Positions 8,437 through 16,823 of a stretch of DNA of 35,896 nt are shown here, piece after piece. The stretch is taken from positions 1-35,896 of IMG/VR virus record IMGVR_UViG_3300026534_000118, one strand, 5' to 3'. This DNA is from a virus. Taxonomy: Duplodnaviria > Caudoviricetes. Every line of letters starts with the position of its first letter. The stretch's first letter is position 1. A program made the translations under genes and the position numbers. The notes beneath the pieces were generated by a model. That model had not been told where the DNA came from, ran no database searches, and saw nothing but the letters and a program-made list of their open reading frames with translations.

Positions 8437-9622
8437 CGCTCAGCACCTCGATGGCCATGCCGCCGGGCACGAACCCGGGATGGCGGATCCGGTTTCGCAC
8501 CACGACTTCGTCTACCCGCTTCGGATCGCCATGGATCCGGTGCGCAAGCACCAGCGCAGGCAGTGTCGCCGGAGGGACGACACTGACGATCCTGGCAAGG
8601 TCTACGCCGCGCTCGCGGATGTCCTGTACAAGTGCGGCACGCAGCTCGGCCAGTGCCTGGTACACGTCGTCAGGCGCGGTATCCATCTCTGCATCGAGGC
8701 GATCGGCCAGCTCATCGCGCACCGCGGTGGCATCCTCGAAAGCCTCGAACCGCATGCCGGACGCCGCCCGCGCCGCCTCGACGATGGCGGCACGTCGCAC
8801 CATGCCGTTCACCTCGTCACGGTTTCGTGCCTGACGCCTGCGGTTCGGCGTGGTGCGCGGTAGCGGCTTGTCCGTGTCTCCGAAGTTGAACAGGCCGCGA
8901 TACATGCCGAGCGCTGCTTCCGGGCGCGCCGTCAGCCCGGCCAGAGCGCCGATCAGGCTCGTGGCACTGCCGGCCAGCGAAGCAGGTGTGCGAATCAGCG
9001 ACGCCAGCGACCCGGAAAACACGCCGAGATCGCGCGCAAATGCCGATGCGCCGGCCGGATCGGCAGGAATACTCCCTGCCAGTGCATCGAGACGCGCGCT
9101 CATGCGCTGCAGCGTGCTGGTCGCATCGGCGGCAACGAACTCCGGCCCGCTCACATCGAAACGCTCGGCAAATCTCCCGGCGATGGCGGTGATCGCCGCG
9201 TCGGCGCGGCTGCCGACGATGGCTGACGTATCGGCAGAGGCGCGCGGCTGAAGATTTTGGCCGGCCTCGACGAAGCGAATCGAAAACCGCGCAATGCCGC
9301 CTTCCGCGGAAGACTCCCGCAACCGGAAGCCGAGCACCTGCACCCTGCGCGTGCCGAGGTAGGGGTGCACCAGCGTACCGGGCCCTTCCTTTTCCAGGGC
9401 GGCAATCAGCGCGTCACGGGCCGCCATGTAATCGGCGCCGATCACATGGCATTCGATGGAAAACTCCTGCTGCCGCTTGCCCATGTCTTCGGCATACGGC
9501 TTCTCGCCTTTCGGATACTGGTGCTTTGCCGCCTGCCGGCCGCTGCTCAGATCGTGGCTGTCGAGCAGGAAATCCGCGTCGCGGAAACGGCCGCCGCGCA
9601 TGCGTTCGCGCCACATGGTCAA
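8429..9622 (-). CDS. Mu gpN-like 'DNA circularization' tail protein
   Basis: W...M....FR, EDMG and GPGTLVHP motifs; C-terminal PALVLA...GD..R...I..RN.I.HPGFV. Confidence 0.85.
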   Translation of the reverse strand: MTMWRERMRGGRFRDADFLLDSHDLSSGRQAAKHQYPKGEKPYAEDMGKRQQEFSIECHVIGADYMAARDALIAALEKEGPGTLVHPYLGTRRVQVLGFRLRESSAEGGIARFSIRFVEAGQNLQPRASADTSAIVGSRADAAITAIAGRFAERFDVSGPEFVAADATSTLQRMSARLDALAGSIPADPAGASAFARDLGVFSGSLASLIRTPASLAGSATSLIGALAGLTARPEAALGMYRGLFNFGDTDKPLPRTTPNRRRQARNRDEVNGMVRRAAIVEAARAASGMRFEAFEDATAVRDELADRLDAEMDTAPDDVYQALAELRAALVQDIRERGVDLARIVSVVPPATLPALVLAHRIHGDPKRVDEVVVRNRIRHPGFVPGGMAIEVLSDA

Positions 9623-11265
9623 GGCCCCGCCATCGCCATGCCGGTTTCCACCTCGATGCCGACTGCGCGGCTGGCACTCGCCACCTCGCGCACCCGTGGC
9701 CGGCCTTCGCTGTCAATCTGCACGCGGATCATGCCTCCCACCTGCGTCGTCGCCACCGGACCCGCCAAATCCCTTCGCGGGCCGAACCTGTCCGCGTCAC
9801 GGTTAAGCGCCTGTTGCGCCTCCGTGCTGCCGAGCCCGGCCATCAATGCCGCCACGCCGCGACCGATGCTTTCCTTGACCCTGGTGCCAAAGGCGCTGTC
9901 GAAGAAACTCATCGCCTTGTCGGCAATTCCGGAAACCATGTCGAACAGGCCCTTGATCGGCGTCCAGACGACATCGATGACCTTGCCAATGGCTCTGAAT
10001 ACAGAAACGGTGGCCTTGCCGAGCGACCAAATCACCTCGACGGCACGCACCACTGCATCGCTGATCTGCACGGCCATGCGCTTCAGCTCGCCGGACTTCG
10101 CCATCCGGTCCACCGCATCGAGGATCGTGGCCAGCTTGGCCTTCATGGCGTCGAAGGCGCCGGACTCCATGACCAGGTTGACGAACCGCGTCCAGTGATC
10201 GGCGAGATTCGACATCATGCCGGACCAGGTCTTCGACTGCTTGGCCATGGCCCCGGCGTACTTCTCGTTCCAGATCGATTCCAGAGTGGACTGGATCATC
10301 GCCCGGTTGCTCGAGTCGGCCGTCTTCTTCATGGTCTTGCCGTTGACCGAATACTCATAGACGATCTGCTTGCCCACGGTGCGGGCCTTGATGCCGAACT
10401 CCTTGAGCCGCTCGTTCTCACCGGTCACCGCATCCGCGATCGCCTCCACGGCCTGCTCGATGGGCTTGCCCATGGCGGCGGCCGTATCGCCCAGGGTGCG
10501 CAGCAGGCCGCCGGTCGGCTCAAGCCCGTATGCGCGCAGCTTCACGAACGAGCCCATCACCTCGTCGATCTCGAACGGCGTCCTGGCGGCGAACTCCGAC
10601 ACCCAGTCGAACGACTTTCGCGCCTTCTCGGAGCTGCCTTCGACCGTTTCGAGGATGGTCCTGTAACGCTCGAACTTCGCCGCCGTGCCCACGAACAGGC
10701 GGCCGAACGCCGCGCCGGCCCCGCCCACCATGGCGGCCGCGCCGCCGGCCACCAGCCCCGCCGCGCGCAAGGCAGCGCCGAACCTGCCGACCATTTTGCC
10801 AGCCGCACCGCTCATGCGCCCCGTCATGGCCTTGAGCCGCTCGAGGCGCTTGAGCCTGCCAGACAGCCGTTCAGACTCGCGCGCCAGGCGCTGCTGGTGC
10901 TCGGCCAGGTTGCGGGTATCGATGCCCGCGCCGCGCAGCTCGCGGCGCAGTGCCTCCAGCCTGGCCTGCTGCTCGCCCAGGGCGCGCTTGTAGCGCCCGG
11001 CCTCCAGCCTGGCCTTCTCGAACGAGGCCCGCAGGCGGCGCGAAGGCTTGGCGGCGCCGGCCATCTCCCTGGCCAGGCGGGCGGCCCGTTCCTGGGCCTC
11101 GCGCAGCTTGCCGGCGGTGGCCACGGATTCCTGCTTGAGCTTGCGGAAGCCCTCGACCTTCGCCGCCGTCTCCTGCACGCTCTTGAGCGCGGCGCGGGTG
11201 CGCGCCAGCGGCCGGCTCATGCGGTCCACCAGATCGAGAATGACCGAGGTTTTCAGTTGCGCCAT
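9619..11265 (-). CDS. Tail tape measure protein
   Basis: 548-aa helical Ala/Arg-rich protein with FAARTPF and GDTAAAMGK motifs; position after the tail chaperones. Confidence 0.85.
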   Translation of the reverse strand: MAQLKTSVILDLVDRMSRPLARTRAALKSVQETAAKVEGFRKLKQESVATAGKLREAQERAARLAREMAGAAKPSRRLRASFEKARLEAGRYKRALGEQQARLEALRRELRGAGIDTRNLAEHQQRLARESERLSGRLKRLERLKAMTGRMSGAAGKMVGRFGAALRAAGLVAGGAAAMVGGAGAAFGRLFVGTAAKFERYRTILETVEGSSEKARKSFDWVSEFAARTPFEIDEVMGSFVKLRAYGLEPTGGLLRTLGDTAAAMGKPIEQAVEAIADAVTGENERLKEFGIKARTVGKQIVYEYSVNGKTMKKTADSSNRAMIQSTLESIWNEKYAGAMAKQSKTWSGMMSNLADHWTRFVNLVMESGAFDAMKAKLATILDAVDRMAKSGELKRMAVQISDAVVRAVEVIWSLGKATVSVFRAIGKVIDVVWTPIKGLFDMVSGIADKAMSFFDSAFGTRVKESIGRGVAALMAGLGSTEAQQALNRDADRFGPRRDLAGPVATTQVGGMIRVQIDSEGRPRVREVASASRAVGIEVETGMAMAGP

Positions 11266-11286
11266 CTGCTACACTCTCACCAAACC

Positions 11287-11300
11287 GTTTCCCGGGAAAC
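11287..11300. repeat. Palindrome copy 3 (16-bp CGTTTCCCGGGAAACG)
   Basis: Perfect; in the 38-bp gap between the divergent tape-measure start and a small + strand ORF. Confidence 0.9.
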
Positions 11301-11303
11301 GCC

Positions 11304-11504
11304 ATGCTCAACGCCGTTGCGCAAACATTCGTCTACGCCATGATCCTGCTGGCCGCCCTGCTCGCCGCTGCCGTGCTGGACGCCGCCTGGCTGTTCTGGC
11401 TCACCATGCTGGCGCTGTTTCTTCACGCGGCGCGATCCGCTTCAGGCGCTCGTGCCAGAAGGCCAGCTCGTGGTCGTCCAGGGCCAGAATGTCGGCGCGG
11501 CTGA
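11304..11504 (+). CDS. Small hydrophobic membrane protein, antisense to the tail operon
   Basis: About 40 consecutive mostly hydrophobic residues followed by a basic tail; overlaps the GpE' frame. Confidence 0.4.
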   Translation: MLNAVAQTFVYAMILLAALLAAAVLDAAWLFWLTMLALFLHAARSASGARARRPARGRPGPECRRG

Positions 11505-11568
11505 AGCCGTAACCCGCCGCCACCTCGGCGGTCATCAGGTCCCAGTTGCCTGGCCAGCATCCAAAAAA
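11401..11568 (-). CDS. Tail assembly chaperone -1 frameshift extension (P2 GpE'/lambda gpT-like)
   Basis: Slippery GGTTTTTTG at 11562-11570; the -1 frame reads ..WDLMTAEVAAGYGFSRADILALDDHELAFWHERLKRIAPREETAPAW*. Confidence 0.75.
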   Translation of the reverse strand, partial: FFGCWPGNWDLMTAEVAAGYGFSRADILALDDHELAFWHERLKRIAPREETAPAW

Positions 11569-11792
11569 CCGGAGACCACCTCCGAGGCACGCATGAAATC
11601 CGCCGCGTCCATCTGATCGATTACCGGCCGTGGCAGCCCGGCCAGCTCGGCGATCAGCGCCGCCATCTTGGCCATCTCGCCCTGTTCCCGGTCGTAGGCC
11701 ATCAGGTGTTTCACCTTCGGCCTATCCACCTCGATGGCATCGATGCGCTCGTCGCCCATCGTGATCGGATGCGCCAGCTCGATGCGCGTCAT
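11535..11792 (-). CDS. Tail assembly chaperone (Mu gp41/P2 gpE-like)
   Basis: IEL.HPI, RPKVK.L and MD.ADF...VVSGFL motifs; between tube and tape measure. Confidence 0.82.
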   Translation of the reverse strand: MTRIELAHPITMGDERIDAIEVDRPKVKHLMAYDREQGEMAKMAALIAELAGLPRPVIDQMDAADFMRASEVVSGFLDAGQATGT

Positions 11793-12157
11793 CCGCTCAC
11801 CTCCTCGACGGCCACGCCGTTGAAGGTCACCTTCACTTCGCCGTCACCCACGGTCAGATCTAGCGATTCCGGATCGCACCAGGCCTCGCGCAGAATGTAG
11901 ATGGGCCCGGTGTCGCATTCGAACATGATCGTGGCGCCGACGATGTTCTGCAGCTCCTCGATGGACAGCTCGTTGTTGTGGCTCAGGGAACACTCGATGG
12001 ACGGCGACAACACCTTTTCCACATAGCCGTGCACACCGTCGGCGCCGATGACCGGCTTGCGCGACACCATCCCGGGCTTGAGCACCGCGCCGTCGCGCGA
12101 TGGATACTGCTTGCCGTCGACGCGGACATAGGCCCGTCCCGTGATCTGCTTGCTCAT
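11789..12157 (-). CDS. Tail tube protein (Mu gpM-like)
   Basis: ITGRAYVRVDG and GVHGY.E motifs; follows the sheath gene. Confidence 0.85.
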   Translation of the reverse strand: MSKQITGRAYVRVDGKQYPSRDGAVLKPGMVSRKPVIGADGVHGYVEKVLSPSIECSLSHNNELSIEELQNIVGATIMFECDTGPIYILREAWCDPESLDLTVGDGEVKVTFNGVAVEEVSG

Positions 12158-12172
12158 GCGTCATTCCTCCTC

Positions 12173-13651
12173 TTACTTGCGGAACCGGACCTGTTGCGCG
12201 TGGACGCGGTACTGGCCCACCAGGCGCGGCGAATCCTGCACGTTCAGGCGGTTGCGGTCGCCGCCACCGGCGCCGTCGCCAATCTCGACCACCAGGCTGG
12301 CCTTGTAGCCGTCGTAGTCCTGCACCCAGCCACGGGCCTCCAGCGTCCGGTACAGCGCCAGCAGCTCTGCCATGGCCAGCTTCGGCTGCATCACCGCCTG
12401 CCCGGCGCCGATGCGCGCGTCGTTTTCCGCCAGCTTGTGGCGCGGATACTTGCTCGAGAACAGCTTGCGCTGCTCGAAGCGGATCCGCTCCAGGGTCTCC
12501 GGCACGTTGATGTCCAGGTAGGAATCGTCGGCGATGCCGGCGGCATTGACCTGGTACATGGTGATCTGGCGCTCGATCATCACCTTGCCGTCCGGCGCCA
12601 CCTTGTGGGTGGCAATGCCGTCGAACAGCAGCAGGTTGCGCTCGCTGTCGGTCCAGCGGTCGGCGATGTCTGGCGCCATGATGCCGGTCAGCGTCAGGGT
12701 CTGCAGCGGCCGGGCCGGATCGATGGCCAGGGAGCGCGCCGCCACCGCCGCATTGACCGCCGCCCAGATGTAGGGTGGCTGCGGCGCGATGTTGGTGCCC
12801 ATGCAGGTCACGTGCGGGTTGTTGCGCGAGTCGCCGAAGGTGGTGGTGGCGGCATGATTGCCGCGGTAAGCCACGAAAGCGCGCGCCCCGATCTGGCGGG
12901 TCGGCCCCCAGCGGCTATCCAGCTCGGTCTCGAGCGCGGTCATGTTGGCCGCGTCGGTGTAGGGGCAGACAATCCAGTTGTACCACTCGTCGCCCATGGC
13001 GGCGATGGCCGTGGCGATGTCCGGGTTCGCCGTGCCGCCGGCCATGGCGCCGATGCCGACCGTGAGGCCCTTGGGCGTCTTCTCGCCGTAATAGTTCAGG
13101 CGAATGTCGATGTCGTTGCCGGTCTCGCCCTTCCAGCGGCAGGTGAGATTTACCTGGTTGAGCACCGTACCGTCCACGGCGGCCGTGACCGGCAGCGTAT
13201 CGTCGGCGTTGATGGCATCGGCGATGGCCGTGGCCACGGCATCCTGGCTGTCGCCTGAGACCACCGGCACGCGCACCTGCTGACCTGCGATGTAGAGCGC
13301 AAGCGTTGCCGTTTCCACGGCCGTGCCGGCGGGCGTGATGGTGCCGGTGGCGGCGGCGCCGGTGGCGTCCTCGTCAAGGGCGATGGCGGTCAGATCGATC
13401 CACTGGTTCGCGGCCAGCAGGTGCTTGATCTGCTCGGCCAGCATCGAGCCGCGGCCGAAATAGTCCTCGGCCTGACCGGCGCTGGTGACCTTCGTCGGCA
13501 CGCCCTGCGCCACGCTGCCGGCGGCCAGGCGCTGGCCGATCACCAGCAGCTTGAACTGCGGATCGGCGTTGTTGGCCAGCGAGTTGTCGAACTCGACATA
13601 GACGCCCGGGATGCGCAGCGCCTGCGGGATCTCGTTGAATGCGATTGCCAT
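12173..13651 (-). CDS. Tail sheath protein (Mu gpL-like)
   Basis: FNEIP..LRIPGVYVEFDNS, FGRGSML, DPARPLQTL and ERNLLLFDGIAT motifs. Confidence 0.92.
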   Translation of the reverse strand: MAIAFNEIPQALRIPGVYVEFDNSLANNADPQFKLLVIGQRLAAGSVAQGVPTKVTSAGQAEDYFGRGSMLAEQIKHLLAANQWIDLTAIALDEDATGAAATGTITPAGTAVETATLALYIAGQQVRVPVVSGDSQDAVATAIADAINADDTLPVTAAVDGTVLNQVNLTCRWKGETGNDIDIRLNYYGEKTPKGLTVGIGAMAGGTANPDIATAIAAMGDEWYNWIVCPYTDAANMTALETELDSRWGPTRQIGARAFVAYRGNHAATTTFGDSRNNPHVTCMGTNIAPQPPYIWAAVNAAVAARSLAIDPARPLQTLTLTGIMAPDIADRWTDSERNLLLFDGIATHKVAPDGKVMIERQITMYQVNAAGIADDSYLDINVPETLERIRFEQRKLFSSKYPRHKLAENDARIGAGQAVMQPKLAMAELLALYRTLEARGWVQDYDGYKASLVVEIGDGAGGGDRNRLNVQDSPRLVGQYRVHAQQVRFRK

Positions 13652-13654
13652 GGC

Positions 13655-13825
13655 TTATTTCCCCTTCTTGGCGGGCCGCGCCTCCACGACGCTGCCATCC
13701 TTCACCCGGCGCAGCCAGTACGTGCTGCGCGCCACCTCGGCACCTTCTTCCGGCAGAAAGCCCCTGCCGTCTTCCAGGTGCACCTTCTGTCCCGGCATGG
13801 CCGGTTTCACGTAGAACTTGCTCAT
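13655..13825 (-). CDS. DUF2635-like small protein (Mu gp38-like)
   Basis: LPEEGAEV..STYWLRRVKDGSV; start reassigned to the ATG at 13825. Confidence 0.75.
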   Translation of the reverse strand: MSKFYVKPAMPGQKVHLEDGRGFLPEEGAEVARSTYWLRRVKDGSVVEARPAKKGK

Positions 13826-13829
13826 CGCC

Positions 13830-14396
13830 TCACCCCTTCGGTTGATCGGGTAACAGAACCTCGTCCTCGGCCGGCGGCTCGTTGCCGTCAGCCAGCACAT
13901 GCTTCAGGCCGGCGCTGTCGAAGTCGCCCACCACGCCCGTGATGTCCACCACGCTCACGCCTGCGGCCGGATCGATGCGCCACTCGCGCTCGCCGATCCG
14001 CACGCCCGTCCGGAACGACACCGCCCACACCAGATAGCCTTCGAGGTCCGGGTTGAAGTCGTCCGGCGACACCCGCAGCACTTCTGCCCGGCGCAGCGTT
14101 TCGGCATAGCCGAAGTCCTCCTCCTGGTGCACACGCGCCGCAACGGTGGCCGCGAGGTTGCGCACCTCGAGCATCGCCGAAGGCAGCGACGGATCGTGCA
14201 CGCACCAGGCCGTGAACTCGGCCCAGGCGCTGAAATCCGGCCAGCCGAAATCCTCCGGCGTCAGCTCGTCAAGTTCGACGATCACCGCGGGCAGGGTGAT
14301 CCGCCGCTCAAGCTGCGGATAGGCCGCCACGGTGGGCACCGTCGGCAGGTCGGCAGCGAGCCTGTCCACGATTGCCGTGTGCAGCGTGTCAAGCAC
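13830..14396 (-). CDS. Putative tail terminator/completion protein
   Basis: Position before the sheath; PAV.VEL and Y.VW.V.F motifs. Confidence 0.55.
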   Translation of the reverse strand: MLDTLHTAIVDRLAADLPTVPTVAAYPQLERRITLPAVIVELDELTPEDFGWPDFSAWAEFTAWCVHDPSLPSAMLEVRNLAATVAARVHQEEDFGYAETLRRAEVLRVSPDDFNPDLEGYLVWAVSFRTGVRIGEREWRIDPAAGVSVVDITGVVGDFDSAGLKHVLADGNEPPAEDEVLLPDQPKG

Positions 14397-14988
14397 GTTG
14401 CGCCCTCCGCACTTCCAGATCCAGCTCCTTCATCAGCAGCGTATTCAGGTAGGCCTCCATGCGCGCCGTCCAGTACACGAAACGGCTTTCCGCCTCCTCG
14501 AGCTTCACCCTCACCTTCACGACCGGAAAGCCATGCGGCGCGCCGCGATCGCCGGGTCGAACCCTGGCCGGATACAGATCCGGGTCGAACCACTTGCTGT
14601 TGCGCCGGATCCACACCTTTTCCCCGCCGCCATAGATCCGCGCCCGGAACGCGCCGCGAAAGAAGAACTTGCCGACGCGCACGCCAGACCGCTGCTGCCG
14701 CGCCCTGCCCAGCTCATCGGCGGAGATGGCATTCAGGCCAAGCCACAACTTCGCGCGCATGCTTCGCTGGGTGGTGCGGTAGGCCTTCAGGCGCTTGCGC
14801 AGGGCCTTCATCGGGATCCCCGTGGTGCCGTTCACGTCTTTCGCCACCTGCCGCTTGAGCCAGGTGAGCGTCTTGTCAGCGGCGCGGCGATAGGCGCGTA
14901 TGGCGGCCTTCTCGGTGATCCCGAGCCGCCGGATCAGCGCCTCGAACTCGGCGGAATTCACATCGACCCGTGGCGCAAGCACGCTCAT
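14389..14988 (-). CDS. Putative tail completion protein (lambda gpZ-like)
   Basis: Basic protein with RA..KT..WL and G..VG....GAF motifs; synteny. Confidence 0.55.
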   Translation of the reverse strand: MSVLAPRVDVNSAEFEALIRRLGITEKAAIRAYRRAADKTLTWLKRQVAKDVNGTTGIPMKALRKRLKAYRTTQRSMRAKLWLGLNAISADELGRARQQRSGVRVGKFFFRGAFRARIYGGGEKVWIRRNSKWFDPDLYPARVRPGDRGAPHGFPVVKVRVKLEEAESRFVYWTARMEAYLNTLLMKELDLEVRRAQRA

Positions 14989-15335
14989 CCGAACAGCCTC
15001 TCCACCACCACGCCGACGATGACGCCAATCATCACGAACACCGACTGGCGCACGATGGAATCGAACAGCGTCATGCTCTTCACGTTGCCGGCCACGTTCA
15101 CCTCGAGGGTGCGCACCCGCTCGTCCAGCTCGCGGGTTTCCTCTCGCACCAGGCTGAACAGCGCGTCGACGTCCTTTACCAGCCGCTCGATCCGGGTATC
15201 GATGCGCGCCAGCCCATTGATGGCCTTCCCAAGTTCGCGAATGTCGGTACGCATCACCTTCAGCGCGTCGGCCACGTCGTTGCGCAAGTCATTAAGGCCG
15301 GCGCGGATTTCCTCCACCTGGTCCTGTGCCATCAA
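14985..15335 (-). CDS. Coiled-coil protein with C-terminal transmembrane helix (lysis-associated?)
   Basis: Heptad-like N-terminus; hydrophobic C-terminus VFVMIGVIVGVVV. Confidence 0.5.
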   Translation of the reverse strand: MMAQDQVEEIRAGLNDLRNDVADALKVMRTDIRELGKAINGLARIDTRIERLVKDVDALFSLVREETRELDERVRTLEVNVAGNVKSMTLFDSIVRQSVFVMIGVIVGVVVERLFG

Positions 15336-15862
15336 CTCTTTCCTTTCCCGCTGAACGCATCCAGCGTGCGCATGGTCATGTAAAAGCCCACCGGCCCGAA
15401 CAGCACGCCCAGCAGCGCCGTGTCCGCGCCAGCCCCGAATCCGGCCAGCTTTGCGGCCTCCATCGCCATGGCATACGCCGCGCCCGAGTAGAACGACATG
15501 CGCGCGATGCGCGGGCGGGTCTCCTTCACGTAATCGGTGCCGTAACGGGCCTCGGTGCGGATGGTTTCCTGCGCCTGGGCATGGCGCGCGCTCTCCGCAT
15601 CCAGCCCGGCCCGGTAGCGCTCGAGCGCCAGCTCCTCCAGGCGCTCCCGGTGACGCAGCTCAAGCTCGCGCAGCTTCGCCGCCGCCTGCGGGTCCTGCTG
15701 CACAGCCGCAGCGATGGCCCGCGGATCGTCCGCCGGCGCCCCGAAAGCCGACGCCACCAGTTGCCCGATGGCCGCTCCGCCCGGGCCGCCGATTGCGCCA
15801 CCGAGCAGCGGCGCGAACTTCGCCACCTGTTGTCCAAGCGTTTTCCAGATCTCCGCCATCAT
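15332..15862 (-). CDS. Putative holin-like membrane protein
   Basis: APLLGGAIGGPGGAAIG N-terminus, RP motif followed by two hydrophobic segments. Confidence 0.55.
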   Translation of the reverse strand: MMAEIWKTLGQQVAKFAPLLGGAIGGPGGAAIGQLVASAFGAPADDPRAIAAAVQQDPQAAAKLRELELRHRERLEELALERYRAGLDAESARHAQAQETIRTEARYGTDYVKETRPRIARMSFYSGAAYAMAMEAAKLAGFGAGADTALLGVLFGPVGFYMTMRTLDAFSGKGKS

Positions 15863-16179
15863 TCCGGCCTCAACACCAGTTTCATCATGCCGTCGTCACC
15901 GGGCTCGACATCGATGACCCGGTAGGTCCTGCCGTCCACCGTAAGCAGCGAGGTGCCGGAGACGGCCCCGCCCAGATCGGCGCTGAACCCGATGAACGTC
16001 GGCTCCACGACCCGCGTGCGCAAACGCCCGATCTCGGGCTCGCGCCAGGGCGTCTCGAACACCCCGCGCACCGCCACAGGCGCGGTGCCGTCGCCGGCCG
16101 CGTCGAACACGGCATCATCGGCAACTACATCCACCACGGCCGCATCGAGATCGGCAAGCGTCTGCGACCAGAGGGCCAT
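15859..16179 (-). CDS. Head-tail joining protein (gpFII-like)
   Basis: V.GVF, L.VDG.TY.V.DV.P.DDG...L.L pattern. Confidence 0.65.
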   Translation of the reverse strand: MALWSQTLADLDAAVVDVVADDAVFDAAGDGTAPVAVRGVFETPWREPEIGRLRTRVVEPTFIGFSADLGGAVSGTSLLTVDGRTYRVIDVEPGDDGMMKLVLRPE

Positions 16180-16547
16180 CAGCGATACTTCTTCATCGCC
16201 ATCATGGTCAGCGAGCGGGCGAACGACGGCGCGGTGCCGGCGATCGTCTCCGTGGCGCGGATGTACCGGCCAAGCCGGTCGAGATCCACGATCAGGCGCT
16301 CGAAGGCCTGGCCTGCCGCCGTCACCTGGGTGAACGCACCGCCGGGCACGGCAATCCAGGTCACGCCGTCATCGCTCTGCTCTAGCGCCACGTCCAGGGT
16401 GCCGTCACCGCCGGCGTCGGCAGAGCTGTCCAGCACGAAGGCGGCCACGCCCTCGTAGTCGCGCACGTCCACCTGGGCGCCGCTGGCGCTTGCGGTGGCC
16501 GCAGCGGCTGGCAACACGGACACGGAATCGGTATCAATCACGCTCAT
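16179..16547 (-). CDS. Hypothetical virion protein
   Basis: Translationally coupled ORF in the head operon. Confidence 0.6.
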   Translation of the reverse strand: MSVIDTDSVSVLPAAAATASASGAQVDVRDYEGVAAFVLDSSADAGGDGTLDVALEQSDDGVTWIAVPGGAFTQVTAAGQAFERLIVDLDRLGRYIRATETIAGTAPSFARSLTMMAMKKYR

Positions 16548-16777
16548 TTGTCATCCTCCAGTTCGATGGCCCGGCCCATGCGCACCAGCGCCCGGGCATC
16601 CTGCTCACTGATTTCCCGGGAAACGCGCAGGATGCCCTTTTCCACCGGCTCGCCGCGCACGGCGCAGGCCTTCACAATCCGGATCCGCGGCTCTTTCGCC
16701 TTGCGGGCCGCCGCTTTCTTCGGCTTCGCCGCCTCGGTCTGCTCTGCCGCATTTGCGGGTTTGATTTCGTCGTTCAT
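16544..16777 (-). CDS. Hypothetical protein downstream of the capsid gene
   Basis: GGAG RBS; DARALVRMGRA motif typical of small post-capsid proteins. Confidence 0.65.
   Translation of the reverse strand: MNDEIKPANAAEQTEAAKPKKAAARKAKEPRIRIVKACAVRGEPVEKGILRVSREISEQDARALVRMGRAIELEDDK
16611..16624. repeat. Palindrome copy 4 (ATTTCCCGGGAAAC, 1 mismatch)
   Basis: Inside a CDS, read as V-S-R-E-I. Confidence 0.8.
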
Positions 16778-16823
16778 GGTCTCCTCCTTCAGCGCCGGCG
16801 CGTCCCTGTGCCGGCGTCAGTCA

